Positions 49,424 to 57,437 of a stretch of DNA of 64,000 bases are shown piece by piece; the stretch's first letter is position 1; each line of letters opens with the position of its first letter. The stretch comes from Alphaproteobacteria bacterium. GTDB taxonomy: Bacteria > Pseudomonadota > Alphaproteobacteria > UBA8366 > JADFVY01. The stretch is taken from positions 1,932 to 65,931 of the forward strand of contig JBFHDX010000005.1 in the NCBI GenBank assembly GCA_041584475.1, in the 5' to 3' direction. The position numbers were made by a program, and so were the translations under genes. The notes under the pieces were generated by a model. It saw only the letters and a list, made by a program, of their open reading frames with translations, did no database searches and was not told where the DNA came from.

Positions 49424-50230
49424 ATGACCGCGACGAGCAGAGTCAGACCACAGGGCGAACCGCTGCTGTTGCGCGAGGACAGCGGCGGCGTGACCCGGTT
49501 GACCCTGAACCGCCCGGAGGCCCGCAATGCCCTCTCGCTCGACCTGATCGCCGGGATCCAGGACGAGCTCGACGCCATCCGCGACGACCCGCACGTCAAG
49601 GTCGTCGTGATCGCCGGGGCGGGACCGGGTTTCTGCGCCGGCCACGATCTCAAGGAACTGCGGGGCAACGCGCAGCGCGAGTTCTACGAACGGACATTCG
49701 CCGCCTGCTCGCGGCTCATGCGCAGCATCGTCGCGCTGCCGAAGCCCGTCATCGCGCGCGTCCACGGTATCGCCACGGCCGCCGGGTGCCAGCTCGTCGC
49801 GACCTGCGACCTGGCGGTCGCCGAGCTGGGCGCCCGGTTCGCCACACCGGGGGTCAATATCGGCCTGTTCTGCTCAACCCCGATGGTCGCGCTCAGCCGC
49901 AACGTCGGCCGCAAGGCGGCAATGGAGATGCTGCTTCTCGGCGAGCTGGTGACGGCCGAGCGCGCGGTCGAGATCGGACTCGTCAATCGCGCGGTTCCCC
50001 TGGACGAACTCGATGCCACGGTCGCCGCCATGACCGAAGCCATCGTCGCCAAATCCCCACTCACGCTGTCGATCGGCAAGGAGGCCTTCTACCGACAGAT
50101 CGACCTGCCGCTCGGGGACGCCTACGACTATGCGAGCGAGGTCATGACCCGCAACATGCTCGCGCGCGATGCCTCCGAAGGGATCGACGCATTCATCGAA
50201 AAGCGCAAACCGGAGTGGCGGAACGAATGA
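49424..50230 (+). CDS. Enoyl-CoA hydratase/isomerase family protein
   Basis: 268 aa from MTATSRVRP. LNRPEARNALS, GAGPGFCAGHDLKE, ARVHGIATAAGCQL, EGIDAFIEKRKPEW. Confidence 0.88.
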   Translation: MTATSRVRPQGEPLLLREDSGGVTRLTLNRPEARNALSLDLIAGIQDELDAIRDDPHVKVVVIAGAGPGFCAGHDLKELRGNAQREFYERTFAACSRLMRSIVALPKPVIARVHGIATAAGCQLVATCDLAVAELGARFATPGVNIGLFCSTPMVALSRNVGRKAAMEMLLLGELVTAERAVEIGLVNRAVPLDELDATVAAMTEAIVAKSPLTLSIGKEAFYRQIDLPLGDAYDYASEVMTRNMLARDASEGIDAFIEKRKPEWRNE

Positions 50231-50730
50231 TGGACGACCACGCGACGACCCTCGATCATGAAACCTACAGCGACGACTATATCCGCGGAATTCTGAGCGG
50301 CGTGCGGACGATCGCCATGGTGGGCGCGAGCACCAACTGGAACCGGCCCAGCTATTTCGCAATGAAATATCTCCAGCAAAAGGGATTCCGTGTCATTCCG
50401 GTCAATCCGACGGCGGCCGGAAAGACGATCCTCGGCGAACGGGTCCACGCGTCGCTCGATGAAATCGGCGAGCGCGTCGACATGGTCGACGTCTTTCGGC
50501 CGGCGGCGGAAGCCCCCGCGATCGCCGAGCAGGCGATCCGCATCGGCGCCAGGGTGCTCTGGCTGCAGCTTGGAATTCGCAGCGACGAAGCCGCCCGCGC
50601 GGCCGAGGCGGCGGGGCTGAAGGTGGTCATGAACCGGTGCCCGAAGATCGAGTACGCACGGCTCAACGGCGAGCTGAGCTGGAACGGCATCAATTCCGGC
50701 GTGCTGTCCAGCAAACGACGAAGGATATGA
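50227..50730 (+). CDS. CoA-binding domain protein (YccU/YneT-like)
   Basis: MMDDHATT... IAMVGASTNWNRPSYFAMKYLQQKGFRVIPVNP...VDMVDVFRP...VLWLQLGI. Its start overlaps the hydratase stop (ATGA). Confidence 0.8.
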   Translation: MMDDHATTLDHETYSDDYIRGILSGVRTIAMVGASTNWNRPSYFAMKYLQQKGFRVIPVNPTAAGKTILGERVHASLDEIGERVDMVDVFRPAAEAPAIAEQAIRIGARVLWLQLGIRSDEAARAAEAAGLKVVMNRCPKIEYARLNGELSWNGINSGVLSSKRRRI

Positions 50731-50734
50731 GCGA

Positions 50735-52036
50735 ATGAGCGAGACCCGACCTGGCTTCGAGACCCTCTCGGTGCATGCCGGTGCCTCCCCCGACCCCGTC
50801 ACCGGCGCCCGCATGACCCCGATCTATCAGACGACCTCGTACGTGTTCGACGACGTCGATCACGCGGCCTCGCTGTTCAACCTGCAGGTTCCGGGATTCA
50901 TCTATTCGCGCCTGACGAACCCGACCGTGTCCGTGCTCGAAGAGCGCATGGCGGCCCTCGAGGCCGGCCGCGGCGCGACGGCGACCGCTTCGGGACACGC
51001 GGCGCAGATCCTCACGCTGTTTCCGCTGATGGCACCCGGCGACGATTTCGTCGCGGCGAGCAAGCTGTACGGCGGATCAATCAACCAGTTCGGTCACGCG
51101 ATCCGCAAATTCGGTTGGAGTGCGACGTTCGTCGACCCCGACGATCCCGAGAACTTCCGCTCGGCGATCGGCCCGCGGACCAAGGCGCTGTTCATCGAGA
51201 GTCTCGCCAATCCCGGCGGCATCGTCGTCGACGTCGAGGCGGTTGCGAACGTCGCCCGAGACGCGGGCATACCGCTCATCGTCGACAATACGCTTGCGAC
51301 GCCCTGTCTTTGCCGTCCAATCGAGCTGGGCGCCGACCTGGTCGTGCATTCGACGACCAAATTCCTGTCCGGCAACGGTACGGCGATCGGTGGCGTCGTC
51401 GTTGATTCCGGCCGTTTCGACTGGCTGCAGGGGGACAAGTTCCCGAGCCTCTCCAAGCCGGCACCCGAATATCACGGGCTGGTCTTCGGCGAGACCTTCG
51501 GTGACCTGGCCTTCACCATCTACGGCCATGCCGTCGGCCTGCGCGACCTCGGCCCGAGCCAGTCGCCGTTCAACGCCTGGCTCACCTTGCTCGGCATCGA
51601 GACGCTGGCGCTGCGCATGGAACGCCACTGCGCCAACGCGCAGGCGGTGGCGGAATGGCTGGAAACGCACCCGGCGGTGAGCTGGGTGTCTTACGCCGGC
51701 CTCAAGTCGAGTCCATACCATGCGCTGCAGCAGAAGATCATGCCCAGGGGCGCCGGGGCGGTTCTCACCTTCGGCCTGAAGGCCGGCTACGACGCCGGCA
51801 TCAGGCTCGTCGAGGGCGTCGAGCTGTTCAGTCATCTGGCGAATATCGGGGACACGCGGTCCTTGATCATCCACCCCGCGTCGACGACGCACCGGCAACT
51901 CTCCGAGGAGCAGCAGATCGTGGCGGGGGCCGGGCCCGACGTCGTGCGGCTGTCGGTAGGCATCGAGAGCATCGACGACATCATCGCCGATCTCGAACAG
52001 GCCCTCGAGCGGGCCTCGGCGAAGGCCGCGGAATAG
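50735..52036 (+). CDS. metY: O-acetylhomoserine aminocarboxypropyltransferase (sulfhydrylase)
   Basis: 433 aa. GFETLSVHAG, PIYQTTSYVF, YSRLTNPT, and the HSTTKFLSGNG PLP-lysine context. Confidence 0.9.
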   Translation: MSETRPGFETLSVHAGASPDPVTGARMTPIYQTTSYVFDDVDHAASLFNLQVPGFIYSRLTNPTVSVLEERMAALEAGRGATATASGHAAQILTLFPLMAPGDDFVAASKLYGGSINQFGHAIRKFGWSATFVDPDDPENFRSAIGPRTKALFIESLANPGGIVVDVEAVANVARDAGIPLIVDNTLATPCLCRPIELGADLVVHSTTKFLSGNGTAIGGVVVDSGRFDWLQGDKFPSLSKPAPEYHGLVFGETFGDLAFTIYGHAVGLRDLGPSQSPFNAWLTLLGIETLALRMERHCANAQAVAEWLETHPAVSWVSYAGLKSSPYHALQQKIMPRGAGAVLTFGLKAGYDAGIRLVEGVELFSHLANIGDTRSLIIHPASTTHRQLSEEQQIVAGAGPDVVRLSVGIESIDDIIADLEQALERASAKAAE

Positions 52037-52070
52037 TCCTCGGACGCCCCGCCCCGTCAACCGACGCGGT

Positions 52071-52259
52071 TCAGGTCGCGACTTCCTGGTGCGGGTGGCG
52101 GCGGTCACCGCGTTTGTTGGTCTTGCGGACATACGTGATCGCCGCCTCGGGCTTGCCGTGCTTGACGATCAGCGCAGCGATCAGTGCATCCTCCGCCTCG
52201 ACGGTGACGGCTTCCGCCTTCCGTCCGACCTTCATGCCGACGGTATATCTCAATGCCAT
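52071..52259 (-). CDS. Small hypothetical protein (62 aa)
   Basis: MALRYTVGMKVGRKAEAVTVEAEDALIAALIVKHGKPEAAITYVRKTNKRGDRRHPHQEVAT. GC-rich third positions. No family recognised. Confidence 0.4.
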   Translation of the reverse strand: MALRYTVGMKVGRKAEAVTVEAEDALIAALIVKHGKPEAAITYVRKTNKRGDRRHPHQEVAT

Positions 52260-52412
52260 GACGCCTCCTCTTGCGCGCGTTGACGATGCTGACGCCGCTG
52301 GCTCGAAGCCGTTCCCATCATGCACCAGACTATCTCCCCGCCCAAGGGGAAGCGCCGGTCGCGACGATTGTCGAACCGACCCCGCGGAAGTCCCTGACCG
52401 CGTATCCGCTTG

Positions 52413-52799
52413 CTATTCGTAGTGCGCGATCTCGATCAGGTTGCCGTCCGGATCACGGATGTAGACCGACCGCATCGGCCCCTCCGCACCGGTGCGGGCG
52501 ACGGGCCCCTCGACGATCGGAATTGCCGCCGCCTGCAGCTGGTCGATGACCGCTGAGATCGGGCTTTCGGTGACGAAGCAGAGATCCGCCGATCCCGGCG
52601 TCGGCCGCAGCGCCCTGGGGAAAAACTCGGCGCCTGCCCTGTGCAGGTTGATCTTCTGCCGACCGTAGGCGAGCGCGACGCGGCGTTCGGCGCCGAACTC
52701 GAAGCGCCGCATGCCGAGCGCGCGTGCATAGAACTCGCACGTAGCCTCGATGTCGGCGACCGTCAATACGAGGTGGTCGAGCCGTTCGACCGGGATCAT
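52413..52799 (-). CDS. VOC (glyoxalase/bleomycin-resistance/dioxygenase) family protein
   Basis: 128 aa. LDHLVLTVADIEATCEFYARALGM ... YIRDPDGNLIEI. Confidence 0.85.
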   Translation of the reverse strand: MIPVERLDHLVLTVADIEATCEFYARALGMRRFEFGAERRVALAYGRQKINLHRAGAEFFPRALRPTPGSADLCFVTESPISAVIDQLQAAAIPIVEGPVARTGAEGPMRSVYIRDPDGNLIEIAHYE

Positions 52800-52803
52800 C
52801 CCG

Positions 52804-54045
52804 TCACTCCGCGACCGCCGGCGCGGGGCTCGCCCGGCCCTGCGGCGGCAACATGAGGATCAACACCGAAATCGTGACCGCTGCGCCGCCAAGCCCGAGG
52901 AAGAACCATTCGAACTCGCCGGTCACGCGCTGCACGAAGGCGACGAGCTGTAGCGCCAGCGGGGCCGCCCCGAAGGCGAGCACGAACTTGGCTCCGAAGG
53001 CGAGCCCGTGATGGCGCTGCGGCGTGTAGCGTGCCAGCATCATGTTCTCGGCCGGAAGCTGGGCGGTGTTTGCGAGCACCGCCAGAAGGGCCGCGCCGAC
53101 GGCACCGAAACCCGCGGCCAGCGCCAGCGTCACCAGAAACAGCGTCTCCACGACCCAGGCGAGAAGATAGACCCGCTTCAAGGGATAACGATCGGCAAGG
53201 TGGCCGCCGATCAGCTGCATCAGGCCGCCGCCGACATACACGGCCGCGACGAGGGCACCGACCCGCGTGGCCCCGTCGCCCACGAAGTCCTGCAGGCGAA
53301 CGGCGAACAGTTTCGGCAGGGCGGCTTGCGTGCCGTGATAGACGAGACCGCCCATGAACATCGCCAGGATGAGGATGACGAAGGTACGCACCGTCCCGGC
53401 GGAACTGCCCGCCGCTCGCGTCTCCGCGGCGATCTTCGCGTCGGCGATTCGGCCGGCGCGCACGTAGGCGAGCATGACGGCACCGGTCACGATCGATACC
53501 GCTCCGGGCACGATGAACGCGGCGCGCCAACCGAAGACGTCGATCAACACGCCCGCGATCAGACCCGCGCCCGCGGAGCCCAGGCTTCCGAATATGCCGT
53601 TCACGGCAAGCAGCTTGCCCGTATTGCCGCGGGTGCTGCGCATCAGCCAGGGGATGCCGATCGGATGGTAGATCGCCGCGAACAGTCCGATGCCGGTCAG
53701 ACCGGCCATCATCGCCGTCGGCCCGGAGACAAGTCCGCACAGCAAGGCCGCTCCGCCCAGACCCAGGAAATAGACGACCATCATCCCGGGCACGCTCCAG
53801 ACGTCGCCGAGCCGGCCGGCCGGAAGCGCCGCCAGTCCGACCAGCAGCGATCCAAGCGTCCACAGGCTGACGAGCTCGTGATAGGGCATGTCCCATTGCG
53901 TCTCGAGCGTAAGCACGATGACGAAATAGAACGACGTGAACATGTGGATGTAGAGATGGCCGACGCACGAGAACATCAGCGCGGCGCGGTCGGATGGCGC
54001 CCTGCCGCCGGTCATTTCGCGCGGGCCCCGCTCGCTCGTCCGCAA
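52804..54045 (-). CDS. MFS transporter
   Basis: 413 aa polytopic protein. GRLGDVW and GHLADRYPLKR loop motifs. The overlapping ORF 52796..54073 in another frame is Arg-rich nonsense. Confidence 0.8.
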   Translation of the reverse strand: MRTSERGPREMTGGRAPSDRAALMFSCVGHLYIHMFTSFYFVIVLTLETQWDMPYHELVSLWTLGSLLVGLAALPAGRLGDVWSVPGMMVVYFLGLGGAALLCGLVSGPTAMMAGLTGIGLFAAIYHPIGIPWLMRSTRGNTGKLLAVNGIFGSLGSAGAGLIAGVLIDVFGWRAAFIVPGAVSIVTGAVMLAYVRAGRIADAKIAAETRAAGSSAGTVRTFVILILAMFMGGLVYHGTQAALPKLFAVRLQDFVGDGATRVGALVAAVYVGGGLMQLIGGHLADRYPLKRVYLLAWVVETLFLVTLALAAGFGAVGAALLAVLANTAQLPAENMMLARYTPQRHHGLAFGAKFVLAFGAAPLALQLVAFVQRVTGEFEWFFLGLGGAAVTISVLILMLPPQGRASPAPAVAE

Positions 54046-54069
54046 CCACGGACCCCGTCCCGGCGCTGC

Positions 54070-54387
54070 TCAACCGCCGGTCTCACGGCTGATCCACTCG
54101 AGATATTCCGGGTTCCCCTCGGCGATCGGCAGCGCCACGACGCACGGGCATTCGTAGCTGTGCAGCTCCTTCACCCGCGCGATCAAGGCTGGCAGCAGCT
54201 CGCTGCGCGTCTTGACGACTAGCACGCCCTCGTTTTCCTCCTGGACCTCGCCCTCCCAATGAAAGACGGACGTAATCCGGTCGAAGATGTTCGCGCAGGC
54301 GGCGAGCCGCGCGTTGACGAGGGCCCGCCCGATGCGCCGCGCCTCCGCGCCGTCGCCCGTGGTGATGTAGACAACGTTGAGAGACAT
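54070..54387 (-). CDS. cutA: Divalent-cation tolerance protein CutA
   Basis: 105 aa. LAACANI...SVFHWEGEV...E..L.VKT...H.YE.P pattern. Confidence 0.88.
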   Translation of the reverse strand: MSLNVVYITTGDGAEARRIGRALVNARLAACANIFDRITSVFHWEGEVQEENEGVLVVKTRSELLPALIARVKELHSYECPCVVALPIAEGNPEYLEWISRETGG

Positions 54388-54490
54388 GAACGCTACTCCA
54401 GAATGCGCCTCGCTTGTCGGAGTCCGCTTGGCGTTGCGATGCTTCTAGCCTACCATGCGATTGCCGCACAAGCAGGGGAACGAACCAGCG

Positions 54491-54790
54491 ATGCCGTCGA
54501 AGCCGCGTCTTGCCGTCGACAATACGGAAGCGAACGGCACCGCGCGTCCGCGGAAAGCCGGACGGCCGACGGCCGCCCAGCTGGCGTGGTTGCGTCGTGG
54601 GCTGGACCAACCCGGAGGCAAGCTTCCCCTGTTCGACGGGAACGGCCAGCGCGTCAACGAGCGCACGGTCCGCGCCTGCATCGAGCAGGGATGGGCGGAG
54701 CCCTGGTTCGACAATCCGATGAAGCCGAGCTGGCAGGTCTGCAAGCTGACCGGCGCGGGGCGGAAAATCCTCGGCGGCAGTATGGGTTGA
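54491..54790 (+). CDS. Hypothetical protein (99 aa)
   Basis: MPSKPRLAVDNTE...AAQLAWLRRGLDQPGGKLPLFD...CKLTGAGRKILGG. Coding-like composition. No family recognised. Confidence 0.45.
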   Translation: MPSKPRLAVDNTEANGTARPRKAGRPTAAQLAWLRRGLDQPGGKLPLFDGNGQRVNERTVRACIEQGWAEPWFDNPMKPSWQVCKLTGAGRKILGGSMG

Positions 54791-54809
54791 ATCGGCGGAC
54801 GCCAACCCG

Positions 54810-55274
54810 TCAGCGGGAGTATGTACCGATCAGCGTGACCTCGCCGAGCGCGTGATCGGCGGCGGCCGCCTCGACATCGCGGCACCCGGCATCGTCTTTC
54901 AGATCGAGCCTTTCGGCATCGAGCGCCAGCAACCGGAAGCGGTAATGGTGAACACCGTGCCCCGGCGGCGGGCACGGCCCGTCGTAACCGCTGCGGCGGA
55001 AATCGTTGACGCCCTGGCGCGGACCGCCGGGCGGATTCTCGCGGGCGTGGCCCTCCGGCAATGCCATCGCGTCGGCGGGAAGGTCGAACAGCGCCCAATG
55101 CTGCCACGTGCCGCCCGGCGCATCCGGATCGTCGCAAAGCAGCACGAAGCTGCGGGTTCCGGGCGGTACCCCGGACCATTCCAGCGGCGGAGAGAGGTTC
55201 TCGCCGGCGCAGGTGTGGCGGTCCGGGATGCGCCCGCCGGATTCGAACGCGCTCGACTGCAGACTGAACGCCAT
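54810..55274 (-). CDS. YbhB/YbcL-family phosphatidylethanolamine-binding (Raf kinase inhibitor-like) protein
   Basis: 154 aa from MAFSLQSSAFESGGRIP. SPPLEWSGVP, DPDAP.GTW.HW, GYDGPCPPPGHGVHHYRF.L.AL. Confidence 0.85.
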   Translation of the reverse strand: MAFSLQSSAFESGGRIPDRHTCAGENLSPPLEWSGVPPGTRSFVLLCDDPDAPGGTWQHWALFDLPADAMALPEGHARENPPGGPRQGVNDFRRSGYDGPCPPPGHGVHHYRFRLLALDAERLDLKDDAGCRDVEAAAADHALGEVTLIGTYSR

Positions 55275-55312
55275 GATCGCCTCCTCGACGACGGCCGGAA
55301 GCGATATTGCCG

Positions 55313-57436
55313 CTATTCTAGCACGAATTCCGATCGCGCGGTCTGCCCGTCGGCGTCCAGGATGGTGATGCCGACGTAACCTGCGCCGTCGGGACGCCAA
55401 TCGGTGCGACGCCGGTTCGCCGGTGCCGCAACGGGGTGGCCGTTTACGATCCAGCGCAGCGGTCTTCGACCGCCCTCGGCGGTCAGCGGCAACGAGGCGT
55501 AGCCGGACTCGCCGCGGACGAGCCTTATCGTCGCGCCATCGGGCGGGAACGTGACCGCGAGCGGCGGGCTGAGCCGACGCGCGAGCGACCGTGCCGGCGC
55601 CGTCGCGTCCCCTGGTGCCAGGCGCTTCAGGCGTTCGGGCAAGGCCTTGTTGCCGACGCTGAGCACGCCTTCGGGACGCCGCGGGTTCGCGGGTCGCCCG
55701 AAATCCGACAGCATGCCGAACACCTGGAACAGTATCGGAGCGGCGGTGGCCCGGCCGAAGCGGTCCGGGCTCGGCGAGCCGTCGGGTCGCCCGGTCCAGA
55801 CGCCGACGGTATGGTCGGCATCATAGCCGACCGCCCAGGCATCCCGGTAGCCATAGGACGTCCCCGTCTTGTAGGCGACGCTGCGGCGCTGACGCACGAC
55901 GCCGGGTTGGACGAAATCCGGCGGCGGAGGTGCATCCTCCAGGATGCGGGTGACATACCAGGCCGCGGCCTCACCGAAAATCGGCACGCCTCTCGACGAA
56001 GTCTGCGCGCCGCTCACGACGTTCAGCGGGCGCACCTTCCCGCCATCGGCGATTCCGGCGTACAGGGTCACCAGGTCGTGGAGCGTCAGGCCGGCACCGC
56101 CGAGCGCAAGCGGCAGCCCCGGTGCGCCCTCGCCTCCTGCATACCGGGGTGTGACGCCGGCCGCCCTGAAGCGGGCGTCAAGACGGGGTGGGCCGATCGC
56201 CTCCAGCACGGCGACCGCCGGGACGTTCAACGACTGCTGCAGGGCCTCGCGCACGGAAACCTCACCGTGATAGGCGCGTAGGAAATTCTCCGGCCGATAG
56301 CTGCCGAACCGGGTCGGCATGTCGATCACGACCGTCTCCGGATGGATCAGCAGGTCGTCGAATCCCATCCCGTATATGAACGGCTTGAGGGTCGATCCCG
56401 GTGACCGGATCGCGCGAATCATGTCGACCTGTCCCGCACGCGTGGCGTCGAAGAAATCGGCCGACCCGACGTAGCCGAGAACCGCCCTGCCCTCGTTGCG
56501 CACGACGAGGATCGCCATGGTCGCCTGCGGATCCAACGCCGCGCTCTGTATGCGTGCAAGGTGCTCGAGCGCCTTCTGCAGGCTGCCGTCGACCGTCGTG
56601 CGGTGCAGTCCGCCGCCGGACCGGCTTGCGGCCAACCGGCGTGCCAGGTGTGGTGCCAGGAACGGCATGTCGCGCCGCGCCGTCGGCACCGGGTCGGCAT
56701 ACGCCTCGGCGACGATTGCGTCGTCCAGGACGCCCCGCCGGGCGAGGACCGAGAGGACCTTATCGCGCGCTTCGCGGGCGCGTCCGGGATAGCGGTCCGG
56801 TCGCAGCGATTCCGGCGACTGCGGCAAGGCCACAAGCAGCGCGGCTTCCGACGGAGCAAGATGGCGCGGTTCCTTGCCGAACCACGCAAGCGAGGCGGCG
56901 CGGATGCCTTCGAGATTGCCTCCGTAGGGCGCAAGCGTGAGATAGAACGAGAGGATCTCGCGCTTGGAGTAGCGCAGTTCGAGCTGCATCGCTCGCAGCG
57001 CCTCGATCAGTTTGCTCGCAAACGTCCTCGGGCGCGGCTCGAAGAGCCGCGCGGTCTGCATGGTGATCGTCGACGCGCCCGACACGACGCGCCCGTGCCG
57101 CGCGGCCTGCGTCGCCGCCCTGGCCACGGCCAGCGGGTCGATCCCCGGATGATAGCGGAACCGCCGATCCTCGTAGGCGAGCAACATGTCGAGATAGCGC
57201 GGGTCGACATCCGCCGGATCGACAGGCAGGCGCCAGATCCCCTCCGCGGTCGTGAACGCCCTCAGAACCTCCCCGTCGACGTCCGCAACGAGCGTCGAGA
57301 CGCGGCCGAGGCGGGCAAGGTCCGGTGGGGCGATACGGTCGGCGGCGGCAATTGTCGCCAGCAATCCGAGCGCGGCAAGCCCGGCCCGTCGGATCCGTCG
57401 TGGGACCCCGAATTCCGGTGCGCGGCCGGACATCAT
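55313..57436 (-). CDS. pbpC: Penicillin-binding protein 1C (transglycosylase/transpeptidase)
   Basis: 707 aa from MMSGRAPEF (57436). GT51 motifs AYEDRRFRYHPGID, GASTITMQTARL and RYSKREILSFYLTLAPYG. Transpeptidase SPGSTLKP. The gene starts directly after the stop of the alpha-2-macroglobulin gene, which occupies 57438..57440. Confidence 0.88.
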   Translation of the reverse strand: MMSGRAPEFGVPRRIRRAGLAALGLLATIAAADRIAPPDLARLGRVSTLVADVDGEVLRAFTTAEGIWRLPVDPADVDPRYLDMLLAYEDRRFRYHPGIDPLAVARAATQAARHGRVVSGASTITMQTARLFEPRPRTFASKLIEALRAMQLELRYSKREILSFYLTLAPYGGNLEGIRAASLAWFGKEPRHLAPSEAALLVALPQSPESLRPDRYPGRAREARDKVLSVLARRGVLDDAIVAEAYADPVPTARRDMPFLAPHLARRLAASRSGGGLHRTTVDGSLQKALEHLARIQSAALDPQATMAILVVRNEGRAVLGYVGSADFFDATRAGQVDMIRAIRSPGSTLKPFIYGMGFDDLLIHPETVVIDMPTRFGSYRPENFLRAYHGEVSVREALQQSLNVPAVAVLEAIGPPRLDARFRAAGVTPRYAGGEGAPGLPLALGGAGLTLHDLVTLYAGIADGGKVRPLNVVSGAQTSSRGVPIFGEAAAWYVTRILEDAPPPPDFVQPGVVRQRRSVAYKTGTSYGYRDAWAVGYDADHTVGVWTGRPDGSPSPDRFGRATAAPILFQVFGMLSDFGRPANPRRPEGVLSVGNKALPERLKRLAPGDATAPARSLARRLSPPLAVTFPPDGATIRLVRGESGYASLPLTAEGGRRPLRWIVNGHPVAAPANRRRTDWRPDGAGYVGITILDADGQTARSEFVLE

Positions 57437-57437
57437 C

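Noticed and set aside
49219-50730. 503-aa ORF spanning the enoyl-CoA hydratase region
   Set aside because: Its first roughly 336 residues are Arg-rich nonsense out of frame with the genuine hydratase. Only the terminal 167 aa (CoA-binding protein from 50227) are credible.
52796-54222. ORFs 52796..54073(-) 425 aa and 53008..54222(+) 404 aa overlapping the MFS transporter gene
   Set aside because: Both are extremely Arg/Gly/Asp-rich with no hydrophobic spans or motifs. The 52804..54045 frame encodes a coherent 12-TM-like MFS protein.
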